From the NCBI GenBank assembly GCA_965178125.1, contig OZ237744.1:1116001-1180000 (forward strand): a stretch of DNA of 64,000 nt, read 5' to 3'. This document shows positions 22,411 through 35,330 of the stretch, in pieces. Each line of letters begins with the position of its first letter. Within the stretch, counting starts at the first letter, position 1. The notes under the pieces were generated by a model. It saw only the letters and a program-made list of their open reading frames with translations. It ran no database searches and was not told the origin of the DNA. This DNA is from Bilabrum cf. latius. Lineage: Eukaryota. Position numbers and translations under genes: made by a program.

Positions 22411-25398
22411 ATGGTTGAAGCAGTGCCAGTAGCTGCATCTTTGTTTGATGCAGTATATACTTCGACGGTGGACGAGGAGCTTACGGCCGCGGCAAGCGCT
22501 TTTAGAGACCTGTATATGCCCGCATCGTTGCAATGGTAAGCAAACGGTCAAGGCTTGCAAGGGCAAGTCCGGGAGAGTGCACGTCGACATGAGAAACTCC
22601 ACTGTAATCATTTCAGTACCCTTGATCGCGCAGGGCAACTGAGCTTCTATTCGATGCCATCAAGCCGGCTGCCAAATCCTTGAAGCGACCAGCGCTGCCC
22701 CCTGAGGGATACCGCAAGCCCGACACTTCCAGAATTTCGTTATTCATTGGCTCTTTAGTAGGCTCAAAGCAATTTCTGAGGGCGGCGCATGCATTAGAGA
22801 GTCACTATGCGACACAGGAGACCGCCCAAAGCATCTCAACCCGCCTCGAGGGCTGGTCAGCGAGGCACGTGTTCTTGTACGCGTGGTCCAGGTACCATGC
22901 CGGCGAGAAGCACGTCATGGAAGCCACTGCCTCTCGCGGTGAGCCGATTGGCGCACCCACCAGCATCCCGAATCCGCACCTGGCCCCGCTCAGAGCCTGC
23001 CTCGCGCCCTTGCACGCTTCTGGCGGCCTGGACTGCATGGGGCTGTACGTGTACGGCCTCGTGCTGGACCGACTGGGGGAGAAGGAACCCGCGAGGAACG
23101 TTCTCTTGGAGTCTGTGCGGGCGTGGCCGCTTCTGTGGGCGGCGTGGTCGGAGCTGGCCCGCGGGTGCGACTCCCCGGCGGATGCGGACCGGCTGGCCTC
23201 CAGCGACCTCCCTGTGCACTGGTGCTCGCGGCTCTTCCTGGCCGAGTGCAGCCTGAGCATGCAGCAGGGGGAGGCTGCGCTGGAGGTGCTGCTGGAGGCG
23301 TCTGCGGGGGTGTTCGAGCACAGCCTTTGGGTGAGGGAGCGGCTCGGGAGGGCACTCTCAGCTAGCAGAGGTGAGAAGGAGAAGGAGAGGGTAGAGAGAA
23401 GAGAGAGCACCATGGTGGCGGTGGCAGCGGGGGTAGCCTGTCCCGGAGAGTTGCTGCTGCTGCTGCTGCTGCGACCGTCTGTCTGCGACCGTGCTGTCTG
23501 CCGTCACTCCTGCATCCTCGCCATGACCCTCTTGATGGCCCCGCCGCGCGCCTCTCCCCGTGTAGCCCCATTTGTTTGTTTGCCTCCCGCATATGCTCTT
23601 CACAATAAGTTCCCCAGTCTTTGCCCCGTTCGGCCGATCGCAGAGGTAGACAAGGCGAAGGAGGTCTTTGACGGTGTCCGTCGAGCAGACCCGTTCCGCT
23701 TGGACGGACTGGACGCTCTGAGCAATGTGCTGTTCGTGCAGGGAGACGAGGCAGAGCTAGCCCGGCTGGCCCAGCGCGCCGTCGAGGTGGATCGATACAG
23801 GCTGGAGACGTGCTGCATTGTGGGGAATCTCCACAGGTGAGCCATGTGGGGGGAAGGAATGCCGAGCAATTGGAATGCTCCTTTTCAATTCGTGTCAACT
23901 TCCTCCGTGCGCACCATCCGCTGCGACCGTCGGCTTGCGCTTCACTCACTTCCAACTGCACAACCACATAACACCCCACACTTTTTAGCACCGCCAATCA
24001 CCGCAGCCAGCAGGGGGAGAACGCCAAGGCGGTGGAGTGGTTCAAGCGAGCCCTGCGCATCGACAGGAAGTGTCTTGCGGCGTGGACGCTCATGGGGCAC
24101 GAGTTCCTCGAGATGAGGAATTGCGGTGAGGACGAGGACGAGGACGAGGACGAGGATGGCTCGCATTGCTTCGCATCGGATTGAACTGGACTGTCACCAG
24201 TCTCAAATCTACCCAGCCTTGCCCGCCCTCTCCCATCATCGCGATGAGGCCGGACTGCTCGGGGCGGCAGCTCCTCTCGTCTATTGCACAGGCTGCGCCT
24301 CTGGTTGACCACACCTCCACCTCCACCTCCTTATCAAGTTTCACCGTCACCATACCCTCGCAGCCGGCGCGATCGAGTGCTACCGGTGCGCCGTGTCCCA
24401 GTCCCCCTCGGACTTCAGGGCCTGGTACGGCCTGGGCCAGGTCCACGAGATCCTGCGCATGCACCACCTTGCGTGCGAGCACTATGCCAAGGCGGCGGCC
24501 CTCCGACCGACTGACGCCAGGATGTGGTGCGCGCTGGCGGGCCAGTATCGGGAGCTGGGGCGGGCGGACGAGGCCATGCGGGCGTACCGAAGGGCGTACG
24601 ACGCTGGTGACGCCGACGGAGAGGCTGCCTTCCACCTTGGCGAGCTTCTGAAAGAGGCGGGGCAGCAGGCAGAAGCAGCTGAGTGGTTCCGGGCGTTCGT
24701 CGGAGGGGTGAGGAAGGGAGCTGTCGCTGGCGCGGGCTAGGCTAGTGGAGGCGCGGGTACAGCCGAGAGCAAGTCAACGGAGGCTGGTGAAGGAGAGGCC
24801 CCTGCCGCGGCTGGCGGTGAGCGGGAAGATCAGGATGAAGATGAGGATGAAGCGGAAGGAATGGACGGGGACGCCGCCCCAGAGCTGATGGCAGCTGCCC
24901 TCGTCCACCTCTCAGAACACGCCATGGCACAGCAAAGGTACACGGCTGCGGCCGAGTACGCGCAGCGAGCGGTTGAAACCGGTGACGAGGTGAGATTGTC
25001 TTTGCCGCTGCCGCGTCCACAGGCCGCGTCTCGCATGCGCACCCTGTTGTCGCAGATTGCTGATACGACGTTTGCTTCCGTGCCACAGCTAATCCACCTG
25101 TCACTGTCCCCCAACCCCCTCCCTTCCCAATTTGCAGGTAGGCACTCGCCAGGGCGCGTCCCTCCTGACACAGGCGCGGGCGATGGGAGGCGCACCAGGG
25201 GCTGGGCTGGAGGACGAAGCAAGGGGGGAAGCTAGCTAGGGCCGTGGTGTGGCAGGGTGGCTTGACGATTTGCGGGGCCCGCAGGACAGCTGGGTGGGCG
25301 GTGGCAGCGGCGGAGGGGCTGGTGGAGGTGACGACATGGAGGTGGACAGCAGCGGGGGGATGGACCAGTCCTCTGCCATGGACACAAGCGACACGTGA
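22411..25398 (+). CDS. CDC23: Anaphase-promoting complex subunit 8 (CDC23)
   Basis: Spliced motifs SLQWATELL, DPFRLDGLDALSNVLFV, YRLETCCIVGN, AWTLMGHEFLEMRN and DFRAWYGLGQ. Introns about 22536-22633, 23371-23643, 23837-24006, 24126-24363 and 24990-25137. TAG at 24738 and 25237. Ends TGA. Confidence 0.93.
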
Positions 25399-25467
25399 TC
25401 AGAACACTGAGGGAATTACTTCTTCAAGCCAACAATCGGCAAGCACTTTGACTCCAAAAAGAACGAG

Positions 25468-28241
25468 TCACGCCGCTCTGGCCTGATGTCCGAAGGTGGT
25501 ACACACAACCACACATCCATCGTGCGTATCGGCGCCAAAATCCACTTGAATTATTACCTTCGGATACTAGCCTTCGTGGCTGTCCACTCCTCCATCTAGT
25601 CGTGGGGAACTTGCCAAAGGGTTGAACCCCTCCAGCGCTAGGGCGGCAGATTCCATCCTCACCACTCGCCCTCCTGGGTAGTGGAAGTCTACACTGCCGC
25701 TGGCGACATCTGCCCCTAGTGGCAGTGTCAAATGCAGCTGCACACTGGTGTTGGGCAGACCTCCGATCACTGGTGCGACCAGCCTGATCCGATCACCAGG
25801 GCCCCCGTCGTACAGGACCTGAAACACGTTGGCCTGGGCAGGGGTGGCAGCGCCTTCCAGTGTAGTCACTGAGGCAGCCTTCGGAGTCAGCAGCCATGCC
25901 CGGCCCTTGAGCAGCTGGAACAGAGGCAGGTACGCCAGGTAGTCCGGGGCCGTGGTTGCATTAGGCTGCACGCAGTGGTCGCACTACTGGAAGGGCACCG
26001 TGGGCAGCACGCCAGCGTGCAAGAGGCCCTGCAGGTACCGGCGGATGCCGGCGTGGTCCGTGGGGTTGTCCCGGTGTGGAGACGCCCCAAACCACGCGGA
26101 GAGAGGCTTGCCCCGGCCCCCAGGAACGAGGTCACCAAGCCGTACTACGGGTAGTCGCCGTTCTCGCTGTACATGCCGTCTGCCGTGCTGGTCAGGTCGG
26201 GCCGGTACACTTTCGGGCTCATCCAGACCTGATGCCCCGACTGGTCCAGCTGCTGCTGCAGCGCAGCAGTTGCGTCGTAGAAGCTGCGGAGGAGGAGTCT
26301 CGCGGGCTTGAGCAGCAGGTTGTTCCACGAGATGCCGTCGTCTGCCTTGGTATTCAGGAGGCCGGTCCAGTCCACGCGGTCGATGAGCACGCCTCCAACC
26401 GAGCTCGTGTTGGGGTGGGCCTGCTGGAACCGACGGGCTTGCTCGAGCTGGAACGTCGCCACGGCTCTATCCCCGGGGTCCAGCACGGTCGCGTCGAAGG
26501 CCGAGTGGTGGATGATCTCCACCCCATTGCCAGCACTCGCCACGTCCATGCCACCGCGCAATGAACTCGATGCAAGGCCGTCCTAGGACACGCCAGCATG
26601 CGGCGGTGGCGTTGGGCTGGGGCTATACGCCCCGCACGGCAGTAGGCCATACCCGAGCCCATCAAGCTGGCCTCTTCGGGAAGAGGACCAGTGCCCACGC
26701 TCGTACTCACAGGGAACAACCGCGTCCAGGAACGGCCCCGCCACCACCTTCGACCTTGCGCACGACTGGTTCCAAGTCCACAGCTGCGCTTCGCTGAGCG
26801 GTCCTGGAGGCAGGCCGGAGGGGTCGCACCACTTGGCGACTGGGGCCCCCGGAGAGTACACGTCCTATCCGTATTCAAAGCAGTTCCAATACGTCATCGT
26901 GCGCCACGTCGAGGTGCGGTTGGTTGCGTTCAGCTCGCTGGTGCGCCGCGCCAGAGCATCGTACCACCCCTGCACCTGCCTTAGAGTGAGGTTGGAGCAT
27001 GGCGGTGCCACCACGTCCGAGGAGTGGGGAGTACACGTCGTGAACACCGTGTCCAGGTCTGTCCCCGCCACGGGCATGGGCTCGCCGAGCACCTGCCAAG
27101 GAAAGCTCGCGTCCCAGTTGATGCCGCCACTCGTGGCTCCCAGCAGCTCCGCACTCAGGCCGCTCAGTGGCTCCCCGCGGTAGTCGGCGTAGGCCGACCC
27201 GCTCCCCGCCAGTTCGTGGGCTCGCACGCCCGCAGCTGTGCTCCGAGGGACGAGCACACCCGGCCCGTGGAGGTCCGAGAACCGCTGGACCGCGGGGCGC
27301 CAGGTGCCCGCTGGCAGCGGGGCGATGTGGGCCCGTAGCCTGATGGGGCGTTGGTGCTGCTGCTGCTGCTACTGGACCCCGCCGAGGCTCGATGGAGGGT
27401 CCAATCGCATGCTCAAGCGCGTGTACCGTATATATTCCGTGGTAGTGGACACGCCCCAGCGCGACTAGCTCCTATTTCCAGCGGCAGCAGCAGTGCCAAT
27501 CTCAATGTCCGCCAGGCCAGTGTCGTCAAAAGGGACCCCGGCAGAGCCGATGAGCGAAATTCCCTGGTCTCCTACCCACGGTGAGACAACAACCAGCGGT
27601 AGAGATGTCCCAAGGGGCCCAGATATCGAAGGGACCGGCCCAGACGCGTTGGAATTCGGGCCGCCATACCTGGCAACGAGGCTGGATCCGTGAGCAGGCC
27701 ACTCCCGGAACGCCAAGGGGTCATGAGACCGGCTGGCGTACGGCACATCGGAGAGTGCTGACCACACATTTGGTACGGTCTGAGATTGACTGGGCCAGCT
27801 GAGCTGCTGCATGACCTGAATAGGCAGAGGGTCAGCGTGAGCTTCAGATGAAACTTCAGAAAGCAGATCGAACCCGCCCCCAGCTTCAGAGCAGCGCCAG
27901 GTATCAGTTATCAGTACTATAGCAACATCTATGCTGTTGCATGTGCAATTCCATGCAGTCTTCACGGTGTGAGGAGTCTCGAGCGGTGACGCCAGTCTGA
28001 GCATCGCACTGTCTATTTGCACACATTCGCGGAATTTTCCTGGCAAGCCCTGTCCTGTGGTGCACAATGGCACAGAACCCGTTGTTGGATCCACTTTTCT
28101 GCCTAGGATGGACTGAACGGTGCCTCCTTGCTCCGAACTGAACTACATAGTGCTCCCGTTGCATTGCAGCTCTTGCTGAGCGCAGGCTGCTGACAGTTTG
28201 TACGCGCCAACAAAGAGGACAAAATTGATGATCGAGTGCAT
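25468..28241 (-). CDS. Secreted protein of unknown family, possibly a glycoside hydrolase; one frame discontinuity near 26110
   Basis: Signal-peptide-like MHSIINFVLFVGAYKLSAACA. TAG at 28143, 27465, 27369, 26865, 26583, 26145, 25984 and 25567. Motifs YWNCFEYG and GGVLIDRVDW. Ends TGA 25468. Confidence 0.7.
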
Positions 28242-28547
28242 CACGCTAATCTGGTAGCTGATTTTGGAGCAGACATGCGGTGTGGAGGATTCGGTGGATC
28301 CATCCGGAGTGGACTCGCCCAGTGCAGTGCGATCCCGGATCCTCGGGTGGACAGGGTCGCTGCGCGCTGCCAGTGGTAGTACAGCTGCATAGTATAGCTT
28401 GAAGCGTACTGAAAGCATCCTAAAATGGCCAACAATTGAAAAAGAATGAAAGCAGCAAGCGCGATCTCGGTCAAAATCCTTGGAGTCACCGGCCGGCAGG
28501 TGCCGGTGGAAGCGGGGGGTGCCAGTGGCACGGTGACCCTCTCTCTC

Positions 28548-29484
28548 TCAGTCGGTCTTGCGCGTGTAGTGGCGGACCCAGTCGATCACGTGTTCCTGGG
28601 GGAACACCGTGCTCTTGTCCGGATCCCCCGGCCAGCCCCCGCCCACCGCCAGATTGAGGATGTAATAGAAGGGCGAGGCCACGAAGGTCTCCTGGGGCCT
28701 CGGGAAGGTGAAGTAGCTCGTCTCGTTCCAATAGTAGACCATGGACTCCTGGTCCCACTCCACGCCGAACGTCGTGAAGGTCTCGTTGAACTTTGGCTGG
28801 CCGGGGAGGGTCTGGCTGGAGTTGCCCAGGGCCTTGTTGCCCTCGCCGCAGGGGCTCCAGTTGTCGTCCTCGCTGTAGTGAAGTGTGCCGTGCACCTCGT
28901 CGCCCGCGGGACTCACCGCCTCCATGATGTCGATCTCGCCGCCCATCGGCCAGCAGAATCCACGCAATGGCATCAACCTGCAGCGAAGTAGGAAGCGCGA
29001 AATGTAGCAGCATTTGCAGTGGAACCCTGCCGGAAAAACTCGCCAGGAACGGACCGTTTCACGGAATCATGTGCAAATACAGCCAGCGATGCCCTGCGCA
29101 TTCGGATGGGGATACTAACCAGATAGCTGGCCACATTCCTTTACTCCACGGCAGCTGGGAGGAGATCTCGAACCTGCCATACCGAAACGATGCGGAACCG
29201 TTCGGTGCAGTTGCACTATCCACCCAGCAAGACGTGTAGTTGTAGCCATAAGTTTCCTTAGCAATTGCTGTCTAAACCAATTTTCCGTCGCGGATAGAGC
29301 ACTGCTCTGGCGTATAGAACTCCTTTTCGTTGTCTCCGCTGTGCGTTGCATTGCGCAGTCTCCAGGTCGTTTTGTTCAAGATATCGAATTCATCCTCGAA
29401 ATCCAGTTCCCAGTCGTCTGGTGAATACGGTGGCCCAGTAGCAGCAAAAACAACCGATGCAAATAGAAAGGCTACGACCAGCAT
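28548..29484 (-). CDS. GH16 beta-1,3-glucanase (laminarinase-like), secreted
   Basis: WELDFEDEFD, FRYGRFEI, GMWPAIW, catalytic GEIDIME, PFYYILNLAVGGGWPG and IDWVRHY. Intron 28978-29119. TAG at 29272. Ends TGA. Confidence 0.93.
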
Positions 29485-29561
29485 GATGTGAAAGAGCCCG
29501 GCAAAGTGAGGTGACGCGTCGCGGTTGGAAAATGCACGTAACCGTACTACCGGTAGCGAGC

Positions 29562-31025
29562 TTATGCCCCCTCACCGGGCGGCGTCACCTCCACCCAGCT
29601 CACGTCATACAGGCACACAACCAGGAGCGCGTCTCTCTCTGGGTCTTCATCCGGCCCGGAGCCACTCTCCGCTTCACCGCTCGCCGGGCACTCGGACCCA
29701 GGCTCAAACCGCACGAAGCGCTGGATCGTCTCGAGCGCGTCCCCCGGGACCCCCCTCGCCACTGGCGCCGGCTCCGACCACGCGGGTGGCTTGCTCTCGG
29801 CCACCTCCCACTGGAGGCCCCTTGGGTCCCCCTGGCTCAGCACCAGGTGCGCGTTGCTGCGCGAGCCCCCGTGGGTGGAGGCGATCATGTGCAGCCGTCC
29901 GTCCGGCGCGGGGGCGCGGAAGATCTCCTGGTTCTCGAAGCCGCCGGGGAAATAGGGGCTCAAGGGGGGCACGATGGGGTTGGACACGTCCTGCGGGGGC
30001 GCAAAGGGAGCCGTGGCCCACGAGTGCCCCGCTGCCCCCGTGCCGTTGGCGGGGGACCACACATTGGGAAGGGCCGTGAAGTTGCTGGCGACCCCCTTGA
30101 AGAGCAGCTGCTTGCGGCCGGCAAACACCGTGGGTCGGGGGTTGTCAGCGCGGATCCAGTCCCACTGTTGGTTCTTCGGCAGAGTCGTACTCGTCACATA
30201 CGCGGACTCCAGCCCGGGGTGTCCGCCGGTCGGCTGGCCAGCGCCGTTCTTGAGCCAGCAGCACGGCTCGCCCTTGCCGCAGCCCGGAGCGCTGTTGTTC
30301 ATGGAATTGGTCCATGTGTACGCCTTACAGTTGCCGCCGCTCTGACAGCACCACTCTAGGCACTCTGATGAGCTGTTGGTTCGGAAAGAAGCGATGTCGT
30401 CGCCTGACAGGTTCGTGCCAGCGGGGAGCTGCTTGTACTGGCACTGGCCTACGCTCTGTTTGCGGTTCGAAGCAGGACCCAGATCGGCCAGAGTTGGAGG
30501 TCCACACCCACAGACGAACGGGTCGGGTCTCTTAGTGAAAGGACCGCTCGGGTGCGATGCTGTTGCAATGCCGAGGCATTCGCTGAAGTAGCTTTTGTGC
30601 TTGCTTTCGTAGTTTGCGCCCACACCGCCGTAGAAAACCACGTACTGCGCATTCCCTTCGTCGTAAATAAACCCTGGGGTGAAAACACCGTGCTGGTCCC
30701 ACGACCCCTCGGCCCCTCTAGGTACAGCAATCCCCTGGTAGTCGAATGGCTGCTTGGCTTGCATGGCCCCGTCTGACACGGTCCAGTGCCCGACCTCTCC
30801 CGGGTACCCAGACGGTCCCACCGATGAATTGATAACCGTGCAAAACATGTGCCATTTGTCGCTAAGCTTGTCGAGGTAGGGTGGCGTGCAATCCCGAATG
30901 TCCTAGCCTTGCAAGGCTGCCACTCTTGTGCCATTTGACAGTCTTGGGGAGAGTGTAGTGGCATTCGCCGCAACTGCTGCAATCCCGATCACACAAACTG
31001 CAAACTCAAATACATGCGCGCGCAT
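29562..31025 (-). CDS. Secreted five-bladed beta-propeller glycosidase-like protein (GH43/GH117-like) with an inserted PAN/apple module
   Basis: Signal-like N-terminus, TAG at 30903, G*DIRD, WDQHGVFTP, LGIATASHPSGPF, and Cys-rich ECLEWCCQ..CKAYTW..CCWLK. Ends TAA. Confidence 0.72.
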
Positions 31026-31802
31026 TTCGTTCGCACACTGTGTGGTATCCGAGCAGTATAACTGTACGGTGTGCCCGTGCGACGCTAATGCAGACGGATA
31101 CAGCCTAAATCACACTCAACAACTACCGCGCGACTCCAGACTCTGGAGCCAGTCTACGCACAGCGCACGGCCACCGGGGACTTGGTTCCAGCTGTCTTGC
31201 CCACAATCTACCTGTGTCCACGACTAGCCCCTCATCAACCCAAGCAGCATGATACCCTCAATGGAGTCGAGCTGCCAGGCCATGCCAGTCTTTTCCATGC
31301 GGTCACTATGATTGCATACCTAATTATCGATGGCTGCCAGCAGCCACGGGGGCACAAGTCAGCGATGGCCATCGAGCATCCCAGCCACTGCTAGCGACTC
31401 GACCGCAGGTCCCGCTGCCTGCATCGAGCCTGTATTCTGCGTCTCTGCAGCCATGCCTCGGACTGATCTGGCTCGATGCATGCCCGCAGGTTGGCGGCCG
31501 CGGGATTTTTGCTGACTCTGGGCGTTGGGCGCTCATCAAGTGCTCCTGCCACTGGACTGGCAGTTGCCGTATGGACTCCGGGTCCAAGCAGTGCCCGCCA
31601 ATGCAATGAAGTGCAGACACCCAGCACTCGGGGAGGATCAGGCTGCATGCACGGTAAGTGCTCTCTGTGTACCATACCCAGCTCGACCACGGTCCTGCCG
31701 GTGGGATCCCAGACCAGGTGCTGGCACTAGAGTCCAAACTGGATGCTTCCCCCCCCCCATCAGCTGCGCATGTGCATGCCCAGCTCTTCAGCCCCGCACG
31801 GG

Positions 31803-32696
31803 TCACTATCGACCGAATCCCTGCCCTTGCCCTTCCCCCTGCCCCTGCATGGGCCAGCTCCCCATGGACCCGCCCCCCGCCGCCCTCCCCAGCCTGCTCG
31901 GGTCCTCCCCCATGTCCTCCGCGAACCGGCGGATCATGTCGCGCCCGTCCACACCCCCGCCCCCGCCACTCGTCACAGCGTCATAGTCCTGCTTGGGCCC
32001 CTGTCCGTAGTGCCTCCGCATGTCCTGGGCATACCTCCTCGAGGCCTGCTCCCTGGCAGGGTCGTCCCGCGCCAGGGACGCGACGTCTCGGTCCAGCGCC
32101 AGCACGCCGTCAAGGTGGTCTAGCTCGTGCTGGAACACGACGCCGGGGAGGCCAAACATCTTCGCGCGCACCTAGTTCCCTTCCTCGTTCGTGTATTCGA
32201 CGTCCACCGTGGACGACCTGCGGACTAAAAAGGCCATGTCGGGCAGGCTGAGGCACGCCTCGGGGCCCAGCACCTTCTGCTCCGACGAGCGCCGAATCAC
32301 GGGGTTGATGGCCACCTCATAGTGCTTTTCAATCTGAGGGGCTCCAGAGGAACCCCGAGCTTGTCGGAGCCGCTTTGCCCGAAGGTACGCTCGCGATCGT
32401 GCCCTGCCGCGAGGTCGCGTGTACCTCGCACCGGACGCGTGGAGATCTCCGTTGCCATCCGGTAGCATCTCATCGAATGTGATTGGCTTCTAAAACACAA
32501 ACACACGTTGAAGAACTCCAAGCTGCGGTGCTGCAAGCCCCAGGCCGTCGCGAAATCGTACCGTGAGCAACAAGTCTTGAACAAGTTGCTGAATATCCTG
32601 AGAATTGATGGACTCGACGGGGCTAGCCTTCGTCCGCAGAATACTAGATGGGTATTTCACCACTGGAAGCGCTCTACCAACAATTCTGCTCGCCAT
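31803..32696 (-). CDS. def: Peptide deformylase (probably organelle-targeted)
   Basis: GLGLAAPQLG, EACLS and QHELDHLDG lie in three in-frame ORFs separated by TAG at 32490 and 32172. A terminal TAG at 31806 is followed by TGA 31803. Confidence 0.93.
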
Positions 32697-32854
32697 AGCA
32701 ATCAGGATAGCAGTGACTGTGCAACTGCAATTGCTTCTCTTTTCTACTCGTCACACCTAGGTGTTAAACAGTATTTGTAACGTTTCATTAGTTTTTCAAA
32801 CGGCCGGCAAGGGGCTCCATCGCCACATCCAGCACCGAGTAACTCAGAGACAAG

Positions 32855-34486
32855 ATGGCCGCCGCAAGCCCCGTCCGCGAGATTATGAGCACTGATGCTT
32901 CAACTCCCCCCAAGTCCGCTCCTGGGACGATTGTAAGCGATTACAAGGTGAGAATGGCTGTTGTTGCCTTTCGAGCTCCCGAGTGCCTGCACCTGGAACC
33001 AGTGTCATTTCGCCGCTTTCCGCCTCTATGGACGCGCAGAAGAAGGAGATCGCCGGCGATTACAAAGATGAGCCTCTTCTAAAAGAGAACCCTGGACGGT
33101 TCACTTTGTTTCCCATTGAGCACAGCGAGGTGAGGCGAGAAATGGAAGCGCGTACGTCATTCAAACACGTCGGTTGGGGCAGATGCTACAACTCGATTCC
33201 GGCCGATTTAGCATCACCCTCGTTGTGTGGCACTGGCACAGTATGGTGTAGATTACTCTTGGCTTTGTAATGTTGCCACGAAAGGCTGACTAGATATTTC
33301 TGCGACACCAGGAGGAGGCTCTGAACACTGGCCCTTTGAACTCGACGGCCCTCCGTCAACATCGAAGACAGCGCCTATCTGTGCTTGTATCTTGACCTCT
33401 ATCCGACAAAGCAGGTTTGGGAGATGTACAAGAAGGCACAGGCCTCGTTCTGGACCGCTGAGGAGATTGTGAGCGCCTGGGAGCACCCCTTCATTCGCGC
33501 ATCGAAGTCGAAACGTTCGAATCTGTGCGCATCAGGGAGCCCAATATACTCGCATCGATCGATAGGATGCTACCTTGCGTGTATTTGTGTCATGATTTCA
33601 CTTGTTCATGCCCTCTAGCTCTGTTTCGTTGCAGGACCTGGCGGCAGACCAGAAGGACTGGGAAAAGATGAGCGAGAACGAGCAGCACTTCGTCAAGCAC
33701 GTGTTGGCCTTCTTCGCTGCTTCCGACGGCATCGTGAACGAGAACCTTGCCATGAACTTTGCGAACGAGGTGCAGATCCCCGAGGCCCGCTGCTTCTACG
33801 GCTTTCAGATCGCGATCGAGAACATCCACTCTGAGGTGTATTCGCTGCTCATCGACACGTACGTGAAGGATCCCTCCGAGAAGAAGTACCTCTTCAACGC
33901 CATTGAGACGATCCCCTGCGTCAAGAAGAAGGCCGACTGGGCCCTGCGCTGGACCGAGTCCAAGTACGCCTCCTTCGCCGAGAGGGTGGTGGCCTTCGCG
34001 GCCGTGGAGGGCATCTTCTTCAGCGGGTCCTTCTGCGCCATCTTCTGGCTCAAGAAGCGGGGCCTCATGCCCGGGCTGTCCTTCAGCAACGAGCTCATCA
34101 GCAGGGACGAGGGCCTGCACTGCGATTTCGCGTGCCTGCTCTACAAGATGCTCGACCACAAGCTGGACGAGTCCCGCGTGCACGAGATCATCCGGGACGC
34201 CGTCGACAGCGAGAAGGAGTTCGTCGTGGACGCGCTCCCCGTGGAGCTCATCGGCATGAACTCCAAGACGATGACCCAGTACATCGAGTTCGTGGCCGAC
34301 CGCCTCCTCGGCGCGCTGGGCGTGTCCAAGATCTACGGGAGCAGCAACCCCTTCGAGTGGATGGACCTCATCTCGATGGAGGGCAAGACCAACTTCTTCG
34401 AGAAGCGGGTGGGCGAGTACTCCAAGGCAGGCGTGGGCACCGGGGAGGAGGGTGGCCTCGTGTTCTCTCTCGACGAGGAGTTTTGA
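32855..34486 (+). CDS. RNR2: Ribonucleoside-diphosphate reductase small subunit
   Basis: [69 protein letters not shown] and C-terminal FSLDEEF. Three 5' introns. Ends TGA. Confidence 0.97.
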
Positions 34487-35330
34487 GGCGGCATTGATGC
34501 TGCCGGCGGGAGGTGAGGATGGGGGGGAGGAGGCACGTGCAGCGAGGTAGCGGGTTGTTGAGATGGCAATGAGCAGGGAAGAGGGGGTAGGACGACTGAT
34601 GGCAGTTGGGGACAGGGTTTGGCCGCGAGGCGAAACGTCCCCACTTCAGCCCCTAGCCCGCCCATTCCGGACTCAATCCCCAGGTCCAGCCCCCCCATGC
34701 TCTACAGAGCGTGTGTGGCGGCACCTGGGGTCCCCGACCGGCTGTGCCGCAGAGGCTGTGGCCTTGCCGCCTACACCCCCGTCCCGTGGGCACGCTGGCA
34801 GGCGGCTGCTGCGGATACGCCAGCCACTCTCAGGTGTGCCAGGTCAAGGAAAGAAGCGTGCTGTGCATAGAAGGATACACCCTCAGCATCGGCGGCTGCG
34901 TGCAGACCCGCGGACATGAACAAGGCTCATCTGCCCCGGGGCTTGGCGCTCCAGGGACTGATGCTATGTCGTCGTGGTCCAGCGGCGGTTCACGCGCTGC
35001 CGGCTCCGCTCCTAGGGCGGAGGAAAGGAACAGGAGCTCACGTAAGCTCCAGCTGCGTGGCAGGTGATTGTCTCACCAACTACACCATGCAATCATACAA
35101 GGAAAGTCATCAAATCCCAACTCGTGTTTGCCAAATATGCTAAATCGAATCCTCTGGGGTCGCATCGCAACGTTTGTCCACCGGCCCGGCTGCGGCAACT
35201 CCGAGTCTGATGAGCTCCCCCGGCAGGTTGCTTTGCATTCGCAGGCTTTGCTCAATCTACTGGCAGCGCTGTGGAGGTCCTTTTTTTTAAACGCAGGTGT
35301 AAACATTTACATTGAGCCGGTGGCACGGAG

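Noticed and set aside
31050-31800. Short ORFs downstream of peptide deformylase
   Set aside because: No recognisable protein features; probably UTR or promoter sequence.
34500-35300. Possible gene between RNR2 and the MGICFS gene
   Set aside because: No convincing frame, motif or splice model even with TAG readthrough.
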